From NCBI RefSeq assembly GCF_003334315.1, contig NZ_QOWR01000017.1: 64,000 nucleotides of DNA. One strand, written 5' to 3'. The notes beneath the pieces were generated by a model. That model was not told where the DNA came from. It saw nothing but the letters and a program-made list of their open reading frames with translations, and ran no database searches. The position numbers and the translations under genes were made by a program. The stretch is from Escherichia coli. Its GTDB lineage: Bacteria; Pseudomonadota; Gammaproteobacteria; Enterobacterales; Enterobacteriaceae. Every line of letters begins with the position of its first letter. Within the stretch, counting starts at the first letter, position 1. This document shows, piece after piece, positions 13,406 through 25,771 of the stretch.

Positions 13406-14614
13406 ATGGCCTTTTCTCAAGCGGTTAGCGGATTAAACGCTGCCGCCACCAACCTCGATGTTATTGGCAACAATATCGCCAACTCCGCCACCTACGGCTT
13501 TAAATCAGGCACGGCCTCTTTTGCCGATATGTTTGCCGGTTCGAAAGTGGGACTGGGGGTAAAAGTTGCCGGTATCACTCAGGACTTTACCGATGGCACG
13601 ACCACCAACACCGGGCGAGGTCTGGACGTTGCTATCAGCCAGAACGGTTTTTTCCGTCTGGTAGACAGCAACGGTTCGGTGTTCTACAGCCGTAACGGAC
13701 AATTTAAGCTGGATGAAAACCGTAACCTGGTGAATATGCAAGGTTTACAGCTGACGGGTTACCCGGCAACCGGTACGCCGCCGACTATTCAGCAAGGGGC
13801 GAATCCGACCAATATTTCGATCCCGAATACCCTGATGGCAGCGAAAACTACCACCACGGCATCGATGCAGATCAACCTGAATTCCAGTGATCCGCTTCCT
13901 ACTGTTACGCCATTCAGCGCCAGCAATGCGGATAGCTATAACAAAAAAGGTTCGGTGACTGTTTTCGACAGTCAGGGTAATGCTCATGACATGAGCGTCT
14001 ACTTTGTGAAGACCGGGGATAATAACTGGCAGGTCTACACCCAGGATAGCAGTGATCCAAACAGCATTGCGAAGACAGCGACAACACTGGAATTTAATGC
14101 TAATGGCACATTAGTGGATGGTGCGATGGCGAATAATATCGCAACCGGCGCAATTAACGGTGCAGAACCCGCCACGTTTAGTCTGAGCTTCCTCAACTCC
14201 ATGCAGCAAAATACCGGCGCTAACAATATTGTGGCAACCACCCAGAACGGCTACAAACCGGGCGATCTGGTGAGTTATCAAATCAATGATGACGGTACGG
14301 TTGTCGGCAACTATTCCAACGAACAAACCCAACTGCTGGGGCAGATTGTACTGGCGAACTTTGCCAACAACGAAGGTCTGGCATCCGAAGGCGACAACGT
14401 CTGGTCTGCGACGCAATCTTCTGGCGTGGCGCTGTTGGGGACAGCCGGGACGGGAAACTTTGGCACCCTGACCAACGGTGCGCTGGAAGCGTCCAACGTC
14501 GATCTCAGTAAAGAACTGGTCAATATGATCGTTGCCCAGCGTAACTATCAGTCTAACGCCCAGACCATCAAAACCCAGGACCAGATCCTCAACACGCTGG
14601 TTAACTTACGCTAA
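13406..14614 (+). CDS. flgE: flagellar hook protein FlgE
   Basis: 402-aa ORF in operon order. Confidence 0.95.
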   Translation: MAFSQAVSGLNAAATNLDVIGNNIANSATYGFKSGTASFADMFAGSKVGLGVKVAGITQDFTDGTTTNTGRGLDVAISQNGFFRLVDSNGSVFYSRNGQFKLDENRNLVNMQGLQLTGYPATGTPPTIQQGANPTNISIPNTLMAAKTTTTASMQINLNSSDPLPTVTPFSASNADSYNKKGSVTVFDSQGNAHDMSVYFVKTGDNNWQVYTQDSSDPNSIAKTATTLEFNANGTLVDGAMANNIATGAINGAEPATFSLSFLNSMQQNTGANNIVATTQNGYKPGDLVSYQINDDGTVVGNYSNEQTQLLGQIVLANFANNEGLASEGDNVWSATQSSGVALLGTAGTGNFGTLTNGALEASNVDLSKELVNMIVAQRNYQSNAQTIKTQDQILNTLVNLR

Positions 14615-14633
14615 TCGCTGACGGGATAGCTCA

Positions 14634-15389
14634 ATGGATCACGCAATTTATACCGCGATGGGAGCAGCCAGCCAGACACTGAATCAACAGGCGGTAACCG
14701 CCAGTAATCTGGCCAATGCCTCAACGCCCGGTTTTCGCGCGCAGTTGAATGCTTTACGCGCGGTGCCAGTGGAAGGGCTTTCTCTGCCCACGCGCACGTT
14801 GGTCACGGCGTCAACGCCGGGCGCAGATATGACGCCCGGCAAAATGGATTACACCTCGCGCCCGCTGGACGTCGCGTTGCAGCAGGATGGCTGGCTGGCC
14901 GTGCAGACCGCTGACGGCAGCGAAGGGTATACGCGTAATGGCAGCATTCAGGTTGATCCCACCGGGCAACTGACAATTCAGGGGCATCCGGTGATAGGCG
15001 AGGCTGGGCCAATTGCTGTGCCGGAAGGGGCGGAAATCACTATTGCTGCCGATGGCACAATCTCGGCGCTCAATCCGGGCGATCCGGCAAATACGGTTGC
15101 GCCAGTAGGGCGTCTTAAACTGGTGAAAGCCACGGGCAGCGAAGTGCAGCGCGGTGACGACGGCATTTTTCGTTTAAGCGCAGAAACCCAGGCCACGCGT
15201 GGGCCGGTACTGCAGGCAGATCCAACCTTGCGTGTGATGTCGGGGGTTCTGGAAGGCAGTAACGTCAATGCCGTTGCGGCAATGAGCGACATGATTGCCA
15301 GCGCGCGGCGTTTTGAAATGCAGATGAAGGTGATCAGCAGCGTCGATGATAACGCAGGCCGTGCCAACCAACTGCTGTCGATGAGTTAA
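14634..15389 (+). CDS. flgF: flagellar proximal rod protein FlgF
   Basis: 251-aa ORF in operon order. Confidence 0.95.
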   Translation: MDHAIYTAMGAASQTLNQQAVTASNLANASTPGFRAQLNALRAVPVEGLSLPTRTLVTASTPGADMTPGKMDYTSRPLDVALQQDGWLAVQTADGSEGYTRNGSIQVDPTGQLTIQGHPVIGEAGPIAVPEGAEITIAADGTISALNPGDPANTVAPVGRLKLVKATGSEVQRGDDGIFRLSAETQATRGPVLQADPTLRVMSGVLEGSNVNAVAAMSDMIASARRFEMQMKVISSVDDNAGRANQLLSMS

Positions 15390-15415
15390 TTGAAAGGATA
15401 CATGACAAGTATAAG

Positions 15416-15515
<100 letters not shown>

Positions 15516-15542
15516 AAGAAGACATATGCACTTTGTCACTAA

Positions 15543-16343
<801 letters not shown>

Positions 16344-16395
16344 GGCTTAACCGGTGGCAGGTTCACCGGTTTACTGATTTTTGAAGATGATAGCC

Positions 16396-17094
16396 ATGCA
16401 AAAAAACGCTGCGCATACTTATGCCATTTCCAGCTTGTTGGTGCTTTCACTAACCGGCTGCGCCTGGATACCCTCCACGCCGCTGGTGCAGGGGGCGACC
16501 AGTGCACAACCGGTTCCCGGTCCGACGCCCGTCGCCAACGGTTCTATTTTCCAGTCTGCTCAGCCGATTAACTATGGCTATCAACCGCTGTTTGAAGATC
16601 GTCGACCACGCAATATTGGCGATACGCTGACCATCGTGTTGCAGGAGAACGTCAGCGCCAGCAAAAGCTCCTCTGCGAATGCCAGCCGTGACGGTAAAAC
16701 TAATTTTGGCTTTGATACTGTGCCGCGCTATTTGCAGGGGCTGTTTGGTAACGCTCGTGCCGATGTCGAAGCCTCCGGTGGTAACACGTTCAACGGAAAG
16801 GGCGGGGCCAATGCCAGCAATACCTTTAGCGGCACGTTGACGGTGACGGTTGACCAGGTACTGGTCAACGGCAACCTGCATGTGGTGGGTGAAAAACAGA
16901 TTGCCATTAATCAGGGTACCGAATTTATTCGCTTCTCTGGCGTGGTTAATCCACGCACTATCAGCGGCAGCAATACCGTACCGTCTACTCAGGTGGCGGA
17001 TGCGCGCATTGAATACGTAGGCAATGGCTACATTAACGAAGCGCAAAATATGGGCTGGTTGCAGCGTTTCTTCCTTAACCTGTCGCCAATGTAA
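16396..17094 (+). CDS. flgH: flagellar L-ring lipoprotein FlgH
   Basis: ORF 16381..17094 trimmed to ATG at 16396 ([22 protein letters not shown], lipobox); 232 aa. Confidence 0.9.
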
Positions 17095-17105
17095 GTGAGG
17101 CTGTG

Positions 17106-18203
17106 GTGATTAAATTTCTCTCTGCATTAATTCTTCTACTGGTCACGACGGCGGCTCAGGCTGAGCGTATTCGCGATCTCACCAGTGTTCAGGGGGTAAG
17201 GCAAAACTCACTGATTGGCTATGGTCTGGTGGTGGGGCTGGATGGCACCGGTGACCAGACAACCCAGACGCCGTTTACCACACAAACGCTTAATAACATG
17301 CTCTCACAGCTGGGAATTACCGTTCCGACGGGCACCAATATGCAGCTAAAAAACGTCGCTGCGGTAATGGTGACAGCGTCACTTCCTCCGTTTGGACGTC
17401 AGGGGCAAACCATCGATGTGGTGGTTTCTTCCATGGGAAATGCCAAAAGCTTGCGTGGAGGTACGTTGTTGATGACACCGCTTAAGGGCGTTGACAGTCA
17501 GGTGTATGCGCTGGCGCAGGGCAATATTCTGGTTGGCGGCGCAGGAGCCTCCGCTGGCGGTAGCAGTGTTCAGGTTAACCAACTGAACGGTGGACGGATC
17601 ACCAATGGTGCGGTTATTGAACGTGAATTGCCCAGCCAGTTTGGCGTCGGGAATACCCTTAATTTGCAACTTAACGACGAAGATTTCAGCATGGCGCAGC
17701 AAATCGCTGACACCATCAACCGCGTGCGTGGATATGGCAGCGCCACCGCGTTAGATGCGCGGACTATTCAGGTGCGCGTACCGAGTGGCAACAGTTCCCA
17801 GGTCCGCTTCCTTGCCGATATTCAGAATATGCAGGTTAATGTCACCCCGCAGGACGCTAAAGTAGTGATTAACTCGCGCACCGGTTCGGTGGTGATGAAT
17901 CGCGAAGTGACCCTCGACAGCTGCGCGGTAGCGCAGGGGAATCTCTCAGTAACAGTTAATCGTCAGGCCAATGTCAGCCAGCCAGATACACCGTTTGGTG
18001 GTGGACAGACTGTGGTTACTCCACAAACGCAGATCGATTTACGCCAGAGCGGCGGTTCGCTGCAAAGCGTACGTTCCAGCGCCAGCCTCAATAACGTGGT
18101 GCGCGCGCTCAATGCGCTGGGCGCTACGCCGATGGATCTGATGTCCATACTGCAATCAATGCAAAGTGCGGGATGTCTGCGGGCAAAACTGGAAATCATC
18201 TGA
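17106..18203 (+). CDS. flgI: flagellar P-ring protein FlgI
   Basis: 365 aa from GTG at 17106 (tandem GTG codons at 17103 and 17106); signal peptide. Confidence 0.9.
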
Positions 18204-19144
18204 TGATCAGCGACAGCAAACTACTGGCAAGTGCGGCCTGGGATGCGCAATCACTCAACGAACTAAAGGCGAAAGCGGGCGAAGATCCGGCGGCAAATAT
18301 CCGTCCGGTGGCCCGTCAGGTGGAAGGGATGTTCGTGCAGATGATGTTGAAAAGCATGCGCGACGCTTTACCAAAAGATGGCCTATTCAGCAGCGAGCAC
18401 ACTCGCCTGTATACCAGTATGTATGACCAGCAGATTGCCCAACAGATGACGGCGGGCAAAGGTCTGGGGCTTGCAGAGATGATGGTTAAACAGATGACGC
18501 CAGAACAACCATTGCCAGAGGAGTCCACGCCAGCAGCACCGATGAAATTCCCGCTCGAAACTGTGGTGCGTTATCAAAATCAGGCGCTTTCGCAGCTGGT
18601 GCAAAAGGCCGTGCCACGTAACTACGATGATTCGCTGCCGGGTGACAGTAAAGCATTCCTCGCGCAACTCTCGCTGCCCGCCCAACTGGCAAGCCAGCAA
18701 AGCGGTGTGCCACATCATTTGATCCTCGCTCAGGCGGCACTGGAATCTGGTTGGGGGCAACGGCAAATCCGCCGCGAAAACGGCGAGCCGAGCTATAACC
18801 TGTTTGGTGTCAAAGCCTCTGGCAACTGGAAAGGGCCAGTTACTGAAATCACCACGACTGAATATGAAAACGGCGAAGCGAAGAAAGTAAAAGCGAAGTT
18901 TCGCGTCTACAGCTCGTATCTGGAAGCCTTGTCGGATTACGTTGGGCTGTTAACGCGTAACCCGCGCTACGCCGCCGTGACGACCGCCGCGAGTGCGGAA
19001 CAGGGGGCGCAGGCCCTACAGGACGCGGGCTATGCCACCGATCCTCACTATGCCCGCAAACTCACCAACATGATTCAGCAGATGAAATCGATAAGCGACA
19101 AGGTGAGCAAAACCTACAGTATGAACATTGATAATCTGTTCTGA
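18203..19144 (+). CDS. flgJ: flagellar rod cap / peptidoglycan hydrolase FlgJ
   Basis: ORF 18173..19144 trimmed to ATG at 18203, which overlaps the flgI stop (TGATG); 313 aa. Confidence 0.9.
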   Translation: MISDSKLLASAAWDAQSLNELKAKAGEDPAANIRPVARQVEGMFVQMMLKSMRDALPKDGLFSSEHTRLYTSMYDQQIAQQMTAGKGLGLAEMMVKQMTPEQPLPEESTPAAPMKFPLETVVRYQNQALSQLVQKAVPRNYDDSLPGDSKAFLAQLSLPAQLASQQSGVPHHLILAQAALESGWGQRQIRRENGEPSYNLFGVKASGNWKGPVTEITTTEYENGEAKKVKAKFRVYSSYLEALSDYVGLLTRNPRYAAVTTAASAEQGAQALQDAGYATDPHYARKLTNMIQQMKSISDKVSKTYSMNIDNLF

Positions 19145-19146
19145 AT

Positions 19147-19176
19147 AACTCAAGTCCGGCGGGTCGCTGCCGATAA
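19147..19176 (+). promoter_or_regulatory. candidate sigma-28 promoter for flgKL
   Basis: Exact -10 GCCGATAA at 19169-19176; the -35 is a weak match. Confidence 0.45.
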
Positions 19177-19209
19177 TACTCTGTAATTGAAGGCTTATAA
19201 GGAACCTCC

Positions 19210-20853
19210 ATGTCCAGCTTGATTAATAACGCCATGAGCGGACTGAACGCGGCCCAGGCGGCGTTAAATACGGCAAGTAATAATATCTCCAGCTATAACG
19301 TTGCCGGATATACCCGCCAAACCACTATTATGGCGCAGGCCAATAGCACGTTGGGCGCTGGCGGCTGGGTTGGCAATGGTGTCTACGTTTCTGGTGTGCA
19401 GCGTGAGTATGATGCGTTTATTACCAACCAGTTACGTGCGGCGCAGACGCAAAGTAGCGGTCTGACTGCCCGCTATGAGCAGATGTCGAAAATCGACAAT
19501 ATGCTCTCCACCAGTACCTCTTCGCTGGCAACACAGATGCAGGATTTCTTCACCAGCCTGCAAACGCTGGTGAGTAACGCGGAAGACCCGGCAGCGCGCC
19601 AGGCGCTGATTGGGAAATCAGAAGGATTGGTGAATCAGTTTAAAACCACCGATCAATATCTGCGCGACCAGGACAAACAGGTCAATATCGCGATAGGTGC
19701 CAGCGTTGATCAGATCAACAACTACGCTAAACAAATTGCCAGCCTGAACGATCAAATCTCGCGCCTGACAGGCGTGGGGGCAGGGGCGTCACCTAACAAT
19801 CTGCTGGATCAACGCGATCAACTGGTGAGCGAATTAAACCAGATTGTTGGTGTAGAAGTCAGCGTTCAGGATGGCGGCACTTATAACATCACGATGGCCA
19901 ATGGTTACTCACTGGTTCAGGGAAGTACGGCGCGGCAACTGGCGGCAGTTCCTTCCAGCGCTGACCCTTCTCGTACGACTGTCGCTTATGTTGATGGGAC
20001 GGCAGGCAATATTGAGATCCCGGAGAAATTACTGAATACCGGGTCGCTGGGCGGCATTCTGACATTCCGTTCTCAGGATCTGGACCAGACGCGTAATACG
20101 CTTGGACAACTGGCGCTGGCATTTGCCGAGGCTTTCAACACCCAACACAAAGCCGGATTTGATGCTAACGGCGATGCCGGTGAAGATTTCTTTGCTATCG
20201 GTAAGCCCGCGGTTCTGCAAAACACGAAAAACAAAGGTGACGTTGCGATCGGTGCCACGGTAACTGATGCCTCCGCGGTACTGGCGACAGATTACAAAAT
20301 CTCGTTCGATAATAATCAGTGGCAGGTCACCCGCCTTGCCAGCAATACCACTTTTACGGTGACGCCGGATGCCAACGGTAAAGTGGCATTTGATGGTCTG
20401 GAGTTGACGTTTACAGGAACGCCTGCCGTTAACGACAGCTTCACGCTGAAACCAGTAAGTGACGCCATCGTCAACATGGATGTATTAATCACCGACGAAG
20501 CGAAAATAGCGATGGCGAGCGAAGAAGATGCGGGTGATAGCGATAACCGCAACGGTCAGGCCCTGCTGGATCTGCAAAGCAACAGTAAAACGGTGGGCGG
20601 TGCGAAATCCTTTAACGACGCTTATGCCTCGTTAGTGAGTGATATCGGTAATAAAACCGCGACGTTGAAAACCAGTAGCGCCACGCAAGGTAATGTGGTG
20701 ACGCAGCTTTCCAATCAGCAGCAGTCGATTTCCGGTGTCAATCTCGATGAGGAGTACGGAAATCTGCAACGTTTTCAGCAGTATTACCTGGCGAATGCGC
20801 AGGTTCTGCAGACGGCAAACGCGATTTTTGATGCGCTGATTAACATTCGCTAA
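19210..20853 (+). CDS. flgK: flagellar hook-filament junction protein 1 (HAP1)
   Basis: 547-aa ORF. Confidence 0.95.
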   Translation: MSSLINNAMSGLNAAQAALNTASNNISSYNVAGYTRQTTIMAQANSTLGAGGWVGNGVYVSGVQREYDAFITNQLRAAQTQSSGLTARYEQMSKIDNMLSTSTSSLATQMQDFFTSLQTLVSNAEDPAARQALIGKSEGLVNQFKTTDQYLRDQDKQVNIAIGASVDQINNYAKQIASLNDQISRLTGVGAGASPNNLLDQRDQLVSELNQIVGVEVSVQDGGTYNITMANGYSLVQGSTARQLAAVPSSADPSRTTVAYVDGTAGNIEIPEKLLNTGSLGGILTFRSQDLDQTRNTLGQLALAFAEAFNTQHKAGFDANGDAGEDFFAIGKPAVLQNTKNKGDVAIGATVTDASAVLATDYKISFDNNQWQVTRLASNTTFTVTPDANGKVAFDGLELTFTGTPAVNDSFTLKPVSDAIVNMDVLITDEAKIAMASEEDAGDSDNRNGQALLDLQSNSKTVGGAKSFNDAYASLVSDIGNKTATLKTSSATQGNVVTQLSNQQQSISGVNLDEEYGNLQRFQQYYLANAQVLQTANAIFDALINIR

Positions 20854-20864
20854 GGGGAGATAAG

Positions 20865-21818
20865 ATGCGTTTCAGTACACAGATGATGTACCAGCAAAAC
20901 ATGCGTGGTATCACCAATTCTCAGGCAGAATGGATGAAGTACGGCGAACAGATGTCGACGGGTAAGCGAGTCGTTAACCCTTCTGACGATCCCATTGCTG
21001 CATCACAAGCCGTAGTTCTCTCCCAGGCACAGGCGCAAAACAGCCAGTACACGCTGGCGCGTACTTTCGCCACTCAAAAAGTGTCACTGGAAGAGAGTGT
21101 ACTTAGCCAGGTCACCACTGCTATCCAGAATGCTCAGGAAAAAATTGTCTACGCCAGCAATGGCACCTTGAGTGACGATGACCGGGCCTCGCTGGCTACG
21201 GATATTCAGGGGCTTCGTGACCAGTTGCTGAATCTGGCAAACACCACTGACGGTAACGGGCGCTACATTTTTGCCGGTTATAAAACAGAGACTGCGCCGT
21301 TTAGCGAAGAGAAAGGGAAATACGTCGGTGGAGCAGAAAGTATTAAGCAACAGGTCGATGCTTCGCGTTCGATGGTGATAGGACATACGGGTGACAAAAT
21401 TTTCGACAGTATTACCAGCAACGCAGTAGCGGAGCCAGACGGTAGCGCTTCTGAAACCAATCTTTTTGCCATGCTGGATAGCGCCATCGCAGCCCTGAAA
21501 ACGCCGGTCGCGGATAGCGAAGCGGATAAAGAAACCGCCGCTGCGGCGTTAGATAAAACCAACCGCGGACTGAAAAACTCGCTGAACAATGTCCTGACCG
21601 TTCGCGCGGAATTAGGCACGCAGCTGAACGAACTGGAGTCGCTGGATTCATTAGGTAGCGATCGCGCTTTAGGGCAAACGCAGCAGATGAGCGATCTGGT
21701 TGATGTGGACTGGAATGCAACTATTTCATCTTACATCATGCAGCAAACGGCATTGCAGGCATCGTATAAAGCATTTACCGATATGCAGGGATTGTCGCTC
21801 TTCCAGCTCAACAAATAA
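20865..21818 (+). CDS. flgL: flagellar hook-filament junction protein 3 (HAP3)
   Basis: 317-aa ORF. Confidence 0.95.
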   Translation: MRFSTQMMYQQNMRGITNSQAEWMKYGEQMSTGKRVVNPSDDPIAASQAVVLSQAQAQNSQYTLARTFATQKVSLEESVLSQVTTAIQNAQEKIVYASNGTLSDDDRASLATDIQGLRDQLLNLANTTDGNGRYIFAGYKTETAPFSEEKGKYVGGAESIKQQVDASRSMVIGHTGDKIFDSITSNAVAEPDGSASETNLFAMLDSAIAALKTPVADSEADKETAAAALDKTNRGLKNSLNNVLTVRAELGTQLNELESLDSLGSDRALGQTQQMSDLVDVDWNATISSYIMQQTALQASYKAFTDMQGLSLFQLNK

Positions 21819-21859
21819 GCTCGCTTTAAAACATATCATGAAACTGGGTATGTTTTGTC

Positions 21860-21897
21860 TGCCTGCTCTGGGATCGCCGGGGCGGGCATTTTTTTGC
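21860..21897 (+). terminator. candidate terminator in flgL 3' UTR
   Basis: Imperfect stem tgcctgc/gcgggca (one G-U pair) with a large loop, followed by TTTTTTT at 21890-21896. Confidence 0.45.
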
Positions 21898-21964
21898 CTA
21901 TTTTGCATTGTTGGTTAGCAAGGATGCCATTCGATGAATTTTAATATGTTGATTCAAAGATGAA

Positions 21965-21993
21965 ATAAAAAAGCCCTGGCAGTTACCAGGGCT
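21965..21993 (-). terminator. rho-independent terminator downstream of rne
   Basis: 8-bp stem agccctgg/ccagggct, loop cagtta, followed on minus strand by TTTTTTATTT. Confidence 0.65.
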
Positions 21994-22013
21994 TGATTAC
22001 TTTGAGCTAATTA

Positions 22014-25000
22014 TTACTCAACAGGTTGCGGACGCGCAGGAGCGGCAGAGGCATGATGTGTTGCCGTATGACCACCTGCGGCACCTTTACCTTCGAAGGC
22101 AAAAGTAGGGCGCTGCCAGTCACTGTGACGCGGTGCCTCCGGAACATATTCCGGTGCTGGAGCGCGCGTCATTGGCGCGGTAGCGTGGTTATGCTCAACG
22201 GTGACCTCAGGTTCGACCGCAGCTACCGTTTCAACTTCTGCTGCGACTTCAGCGACTACTGGCGCGGCAGGTTGAGCAACAACTTCAGGTTCAGCAACTA
22301 CAACCTCAGCAGTTTCGACAACTTCTTCAATATCTGCCGTCTCTTCCTGCGGTTCAACCACCGGTTCTGCTTGTTCTGCAACTTCCTGGGCTACGGCAAC
22401 ATCAGACTCGGTAATCACCTGCGGCTGTTCAGTTACCGCGGCAGCGATCACTTCAGGATGCGTCGTTTCAACCACTTCCGGTTGCGGTTCGGCAACCTGA
22501 ACGGGGGCTTCTACGACACCGGCCACTTCTTCAACAACTGGCGCGCTAACAACCGGTTCGATAGCGGCGGCGACAGGGACCTCAGTCACCATCGGCTGCA
22601 CATGTACTTCTTCCTGTTCGCGCTGCTCTTCAACCTGTACATCTTGCGGACGTACAATTGGATAGCGGATCCAGACTTTGCCAGAGGCCAGTTCCGGAGA
22701 CGCGCACGCTACGGTCAACGGCATTGGCGACTGGGTTGGATAACGCTCGTCACGATAGCGACGACGACGCTGACCACTTACGCGCAGGTGACGAGGCGAG
22801 CGGCGAGAACGACGCGGCATGCCACCGTTGTCACGGTTATCAGCATTGTTCTCTTCTTGCTGTTCTGGTGCAGTTTGCGCTACGACTGGCAGCGGGACTT
22901 TCACCAGTTCTGTGCGTGGAGCTGGCGCTTCCTGAACAATTGGTTCGGCAGCGATAGTTTCTTCAACCACCGGTGCGACTACCGCTTCTTCGGCTACGCT
23001 TTGCTCGTAACGCACTTTCTGATTGAGCTGACGCTGTTTACGACGCGGCTGAACCGGACGTACACGTTCTTCCTGTTCGGTTTCCTGAACAGATTGCTCT
23101 TCAACATTCAGCGCCTTCGCTTCTTGTTGCGCCTGACGTTTATCATCATTACGGCGGCGGCTACGTTCACGACGCGGCGCTTGCTGCTCGTCGGCGGTAC
23201 GCGCTTTTTCCGTTACCTCAGCCTGCTGACGGCTCTCACGCGTCTCGGCAGTCTGCTGCTGTGCCTGGCGACGATTACGACGGTTTTCTTCGCGATTATC
23301 GCTGCCTTCAGTACGTTCACTACGGGTGTCGCGGCGCTCATTACGGTCACGGCGGTTGTTCTGACGAGGCTTGCGACGATCCTGTTGACGTTCCGGTTTC
23401 GCTTCTGCTTTCGGTGCTGGTTGCTCGGTCGGTTTGGTTTCTTCACCACCGCTGAACAGCGCTTTCAGTGCGCCGAAGAAGCGGCTCAACAGCCCAGGTT
23501 GTGCAGGAGCTGCTGGTGTTGCCGGTGCAGCTTTCGGTGCTGGAGCTACAACAGGCGCGGCAGGTTCAGCTGGCGTTGGCGCAGGCGGCACATCCGGCAT
23601 GGCAAAGGTTGCCAGCGCAGGTTGTTCCGGACGCTTACGTTCAGCGAACTCTTCTTCAGACGGCAGCGCCATCGCTTCTTCATGCAGCTTCGGCAGCATG
23701 TAGCTTAAGGTTGGGGTTTCTTCCCCTTTACGCACGCGCAGCACGTGGTAGTGCGGGGTTTCCATCTGATCGTTTGGCACAATTACACAGCGCACACCGT
23801 CCTGACGAGTTTCAATGGCATTTACCGCAGAACGTTTTTCATTCAGCAGGTAAGAAGCGATTGGCACAGGAACAATGGCGTGAACTTCCTGGGTGTTCTC
23901 TTTCAGCGCTTCTTCTTCGATCAGACGCAGAATAGAGAGCGACAGCGATTCGTTGTCACGCACGGTGCCAGTACCAGAACAACGCGGACAAACGTGATGA
24001 CTGGATTCACCCAGTGATGGGCTCAGGCGCTGACGGGACATTTCCAGCAGGCCAAAGCGAGAAATATGGCTGATTTGAATACGCGCACGGTCCTGACGCA
24101 CCGCTTCACGCAGACGGTTTTCTACCGCACGCTGGTGGCGTACTGGCGTCATGTCGATGAAGTCGATAACAATCAGGCCGCCGAGGTCACGCAGGCGCAG
24201 CTGACGAGCAATCTCATCGGCAGCTTCGAGGTTAGTGTTAAACGCGGTTTCTTCGATATCGCCGCCGCGGGTCGCGCGTGCGGAGTTGATGTCGATGGCC
24301 GTTAACGCTTCGGTGCTGTCGATAACAATGGAACCACCAGACGGCAGACGAACTTCACGCTGGAAGGCGGACTCGATCTGTGACTCGATCTGGTAGTGGC
24401 TGAACAGCGGGATCTCGCCGGTGTACAGTTTGATTTTGCTGCTGAAATCCGGGCGACCTAATGCAGCGATATGCTGACGTGCCAGTTCGAGCACTTTCGG
24501 GTTATCGATAAGGATTTCGCCGATGTCCTGACGTAAGTAATCGCGGAATGCGCGAACGATTACGTTGCTCTCCTGATGAATCAGGAACGGGGCCGGGCGG
24601 CTTTCAGCGGCTTTTTTGATGGCTTCCCAGTGTTTCAGACGGAAGCTTAAATCCCATTGCAGCGCCTCAGCAGATTTGCCGACGCCAGCGGTGCGCACGA
24701 TAAGCCCCATGCCTTCCGGCAGTTCAAGGCTTGCCAGTGCTTCTTTTAATTCGGTACGGTCGTCGCCTTCGATACGGCGAGAAATGCCACCCGCGCGCGG
24801 GTTGTTCGGCATCAGAACCAGATAGCTACCCGCCAGACTGATAAAGGTGGTTAATGCCGCGCCTTTGTTGCCGCGCTCTTCTTTATCGATCTGAACAATG
24901 ACTTCCTGACCTTCACGCAACACATCTTTAATGTTGGGACGACCATGAGCACTGTAGTTAGCAGGGAAATATTCGCGGGCAATTTCTTTTAGTGGGAGGA

Positions 25001-25199
25001 AACCGTGACGTTCAGCGCCGTAATCAACAAAAGCAGCTTCCAGACTCGGTTCAATGCGGGTGATTTTACCTTTGTAGATGTTTGCCTTTTTCTGCTCGTG
25101 CCCTGGACTTTCGATATCCAGGTCATACAGACGCTGCCCATCTACAAGGGCAACGCGCAACTCTTCCTGCTGAGTTGCGTTGATTAACATTCTTTTCAT
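22014..25199 (-). CDS. rne: ribonuclease E
   Basis: 1061-aa ORF: N-terminal catalytic half, then Arg-rich and acidic/Pro-rich low-complexity scaffold half. Confidence 0.96.
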   Translation of the reverse strand: MKRMLINATQQEELRVALVDGQRLYDLDIESPGHEQKKANIYKGKITRIEPSLEAAFVDYGAERHGFLPLKEIAREYFPANYSAHGRPNIKDVLREGQEVIVQIDKEERGNKGAALTTFISLAGSYLVLMPNNPRAGGISRRIEGDDRTELKEALASLELPEGMGLIVRTAGVGKSAEALQWDLSFRLKHWEAIKKAAESRPAPFLIHQESNVIVRAFRDYLRQDIGEILIDNPKVLELARQHIAALGRPDFSSKIKLYTGEIPLFSHYQIESQIESAFQREVRLPSGGSIVIDSTEALTAIDINSARATRGGDIEETAFNTNLEAADEIARQLRLRDLGGLIVIDFIDMTPVRHQRAVENRLREAVRQDRARIQISHISRFGLLEMSRQRLSPSLGESSHHVCPRCSGTGTVRDNESLSLSILRLIEEEALKENTQEVHAIVPVPIASYLLNEKRSAVNAIETRQDGVRCVIVPNDQMETPHYHVLRVRKGEETPTLSYMLPKLHEEAMALPSEEEFAERKRPEQPALATFAMPDVPPAPTPAEPAAPVVAPAPKAAPATPAAPAQPGLLSRFFGALKALFSGGEETKPTEQPAPKAEAKPERQQDRRKPRQNNRRDRNERRDTRSERTEGSDNREENRRNRRQAQQQTAETRESRQQAEVTEKARTADEQQAPRRERSRRRNDDKRQAQQEAKALNVEEQSVQETEQEERVRPVQPRRKQRQLNQKVRYEQSVAEEAVVAPVVEETIAAEPIVQEAPAPRTELVKVPLPVVAQTAPEQQEENNADNRDNGGMPRRSRRSPRHLRVSGQRRRRYRDERYPTQSPMPLTVACASPELASGKVWIRYPIVRPQDVQVEEQREQEEVHVQPMVTEVPVAAAIEPVVSAPVVEEVAGVVEAPVQVAEPQPEVVETTHPEVIAAAVTEQPQVITESDVAVAQEVAEQAEPVVEPQEETADIEEVVETAEVVVAEPEVVAQPAAPVVAEVAAEVETVAAVEPEVTVEHNHATAPMTRAPAPEYVPEAPRHSDWQRPTFAFEGKGAAGGHTATHHASAAPARPQPVE

Positions 25200-25560
25200 C
25201 GTAACTTACTCATTATTCTTACATTGACGACTAAGCTGCGGGCAAAGTAACGCCTTTCCGGGTGTGAACCGATGGCCTCGTGTCTAGTCGCGTCGCCAAC
25301 CTCACGGTTATCGTCAGCTCAAAGAGGCGCAGAGTGTCGGTTGCCCGTTTTTCATGCGGAAAAACAGCGCAATTATCAAAGAAACAGACTGGGTATTACT
25401 CTCCAGAAATATTTCCATCTACCGGTAAGGACTGCAACCCGCAGCCCGCTAACTGCCTGAAAGATCAATACGTCTTACGCCATTGCTGCGTGGATGATCG
25501 GTCGGGCAAAATGGGTTATTCCGTAAAATTTCTTGTTTTAACAAGGATGGACACGGAAAC
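25200..25560 (-). promoter_or_regulatory. rne 5' leader (autoregulatory UTR)
   Basis: Long untranslated region upstream of the rne start; established knowledge that the rne leader is long and RNase E-responsive; boundaries approximate. Confidence 0.5.
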
Positions 25561-25771
25561 GGCCTCATTATTCCACTGCAAGCCTTGTTATAGCAAGATG
25601 ACTTTTACCATTTATCACCCGCTTACTCACAGTTTTTTCACTTCTTGCTGGTGATTGGTTTAATAACCATCAATAAAGTGATCACGCAGTGAAGTAATAA
25701 GGTGCAAAAGTAAATATAAGCATAGAAAAATGAGTGGCGCGAATCCTGTTGGCTAATTAGAATCGCCAACC

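Noticed and set aside
22026-23708. 560-aa plus-strand ORF
   Set aside because: Entirely antisense to rne over its low-complexity C-terminal scaffold region; the translation is Arg/Phe/Leu-rich with no domain-like sequence. Artefact of a long stop-free stretch opposite a repetitive GC-rich coding region.
25280-25654. 124-aa plus-strand ORF in the rne leader region (yceQ position)
   Set aside because: No convincing SD, overlaps the rne promoter and leader on the opposite strand, and the sequence is not protein-like; kept as a finding for verification but not called as a CDS.
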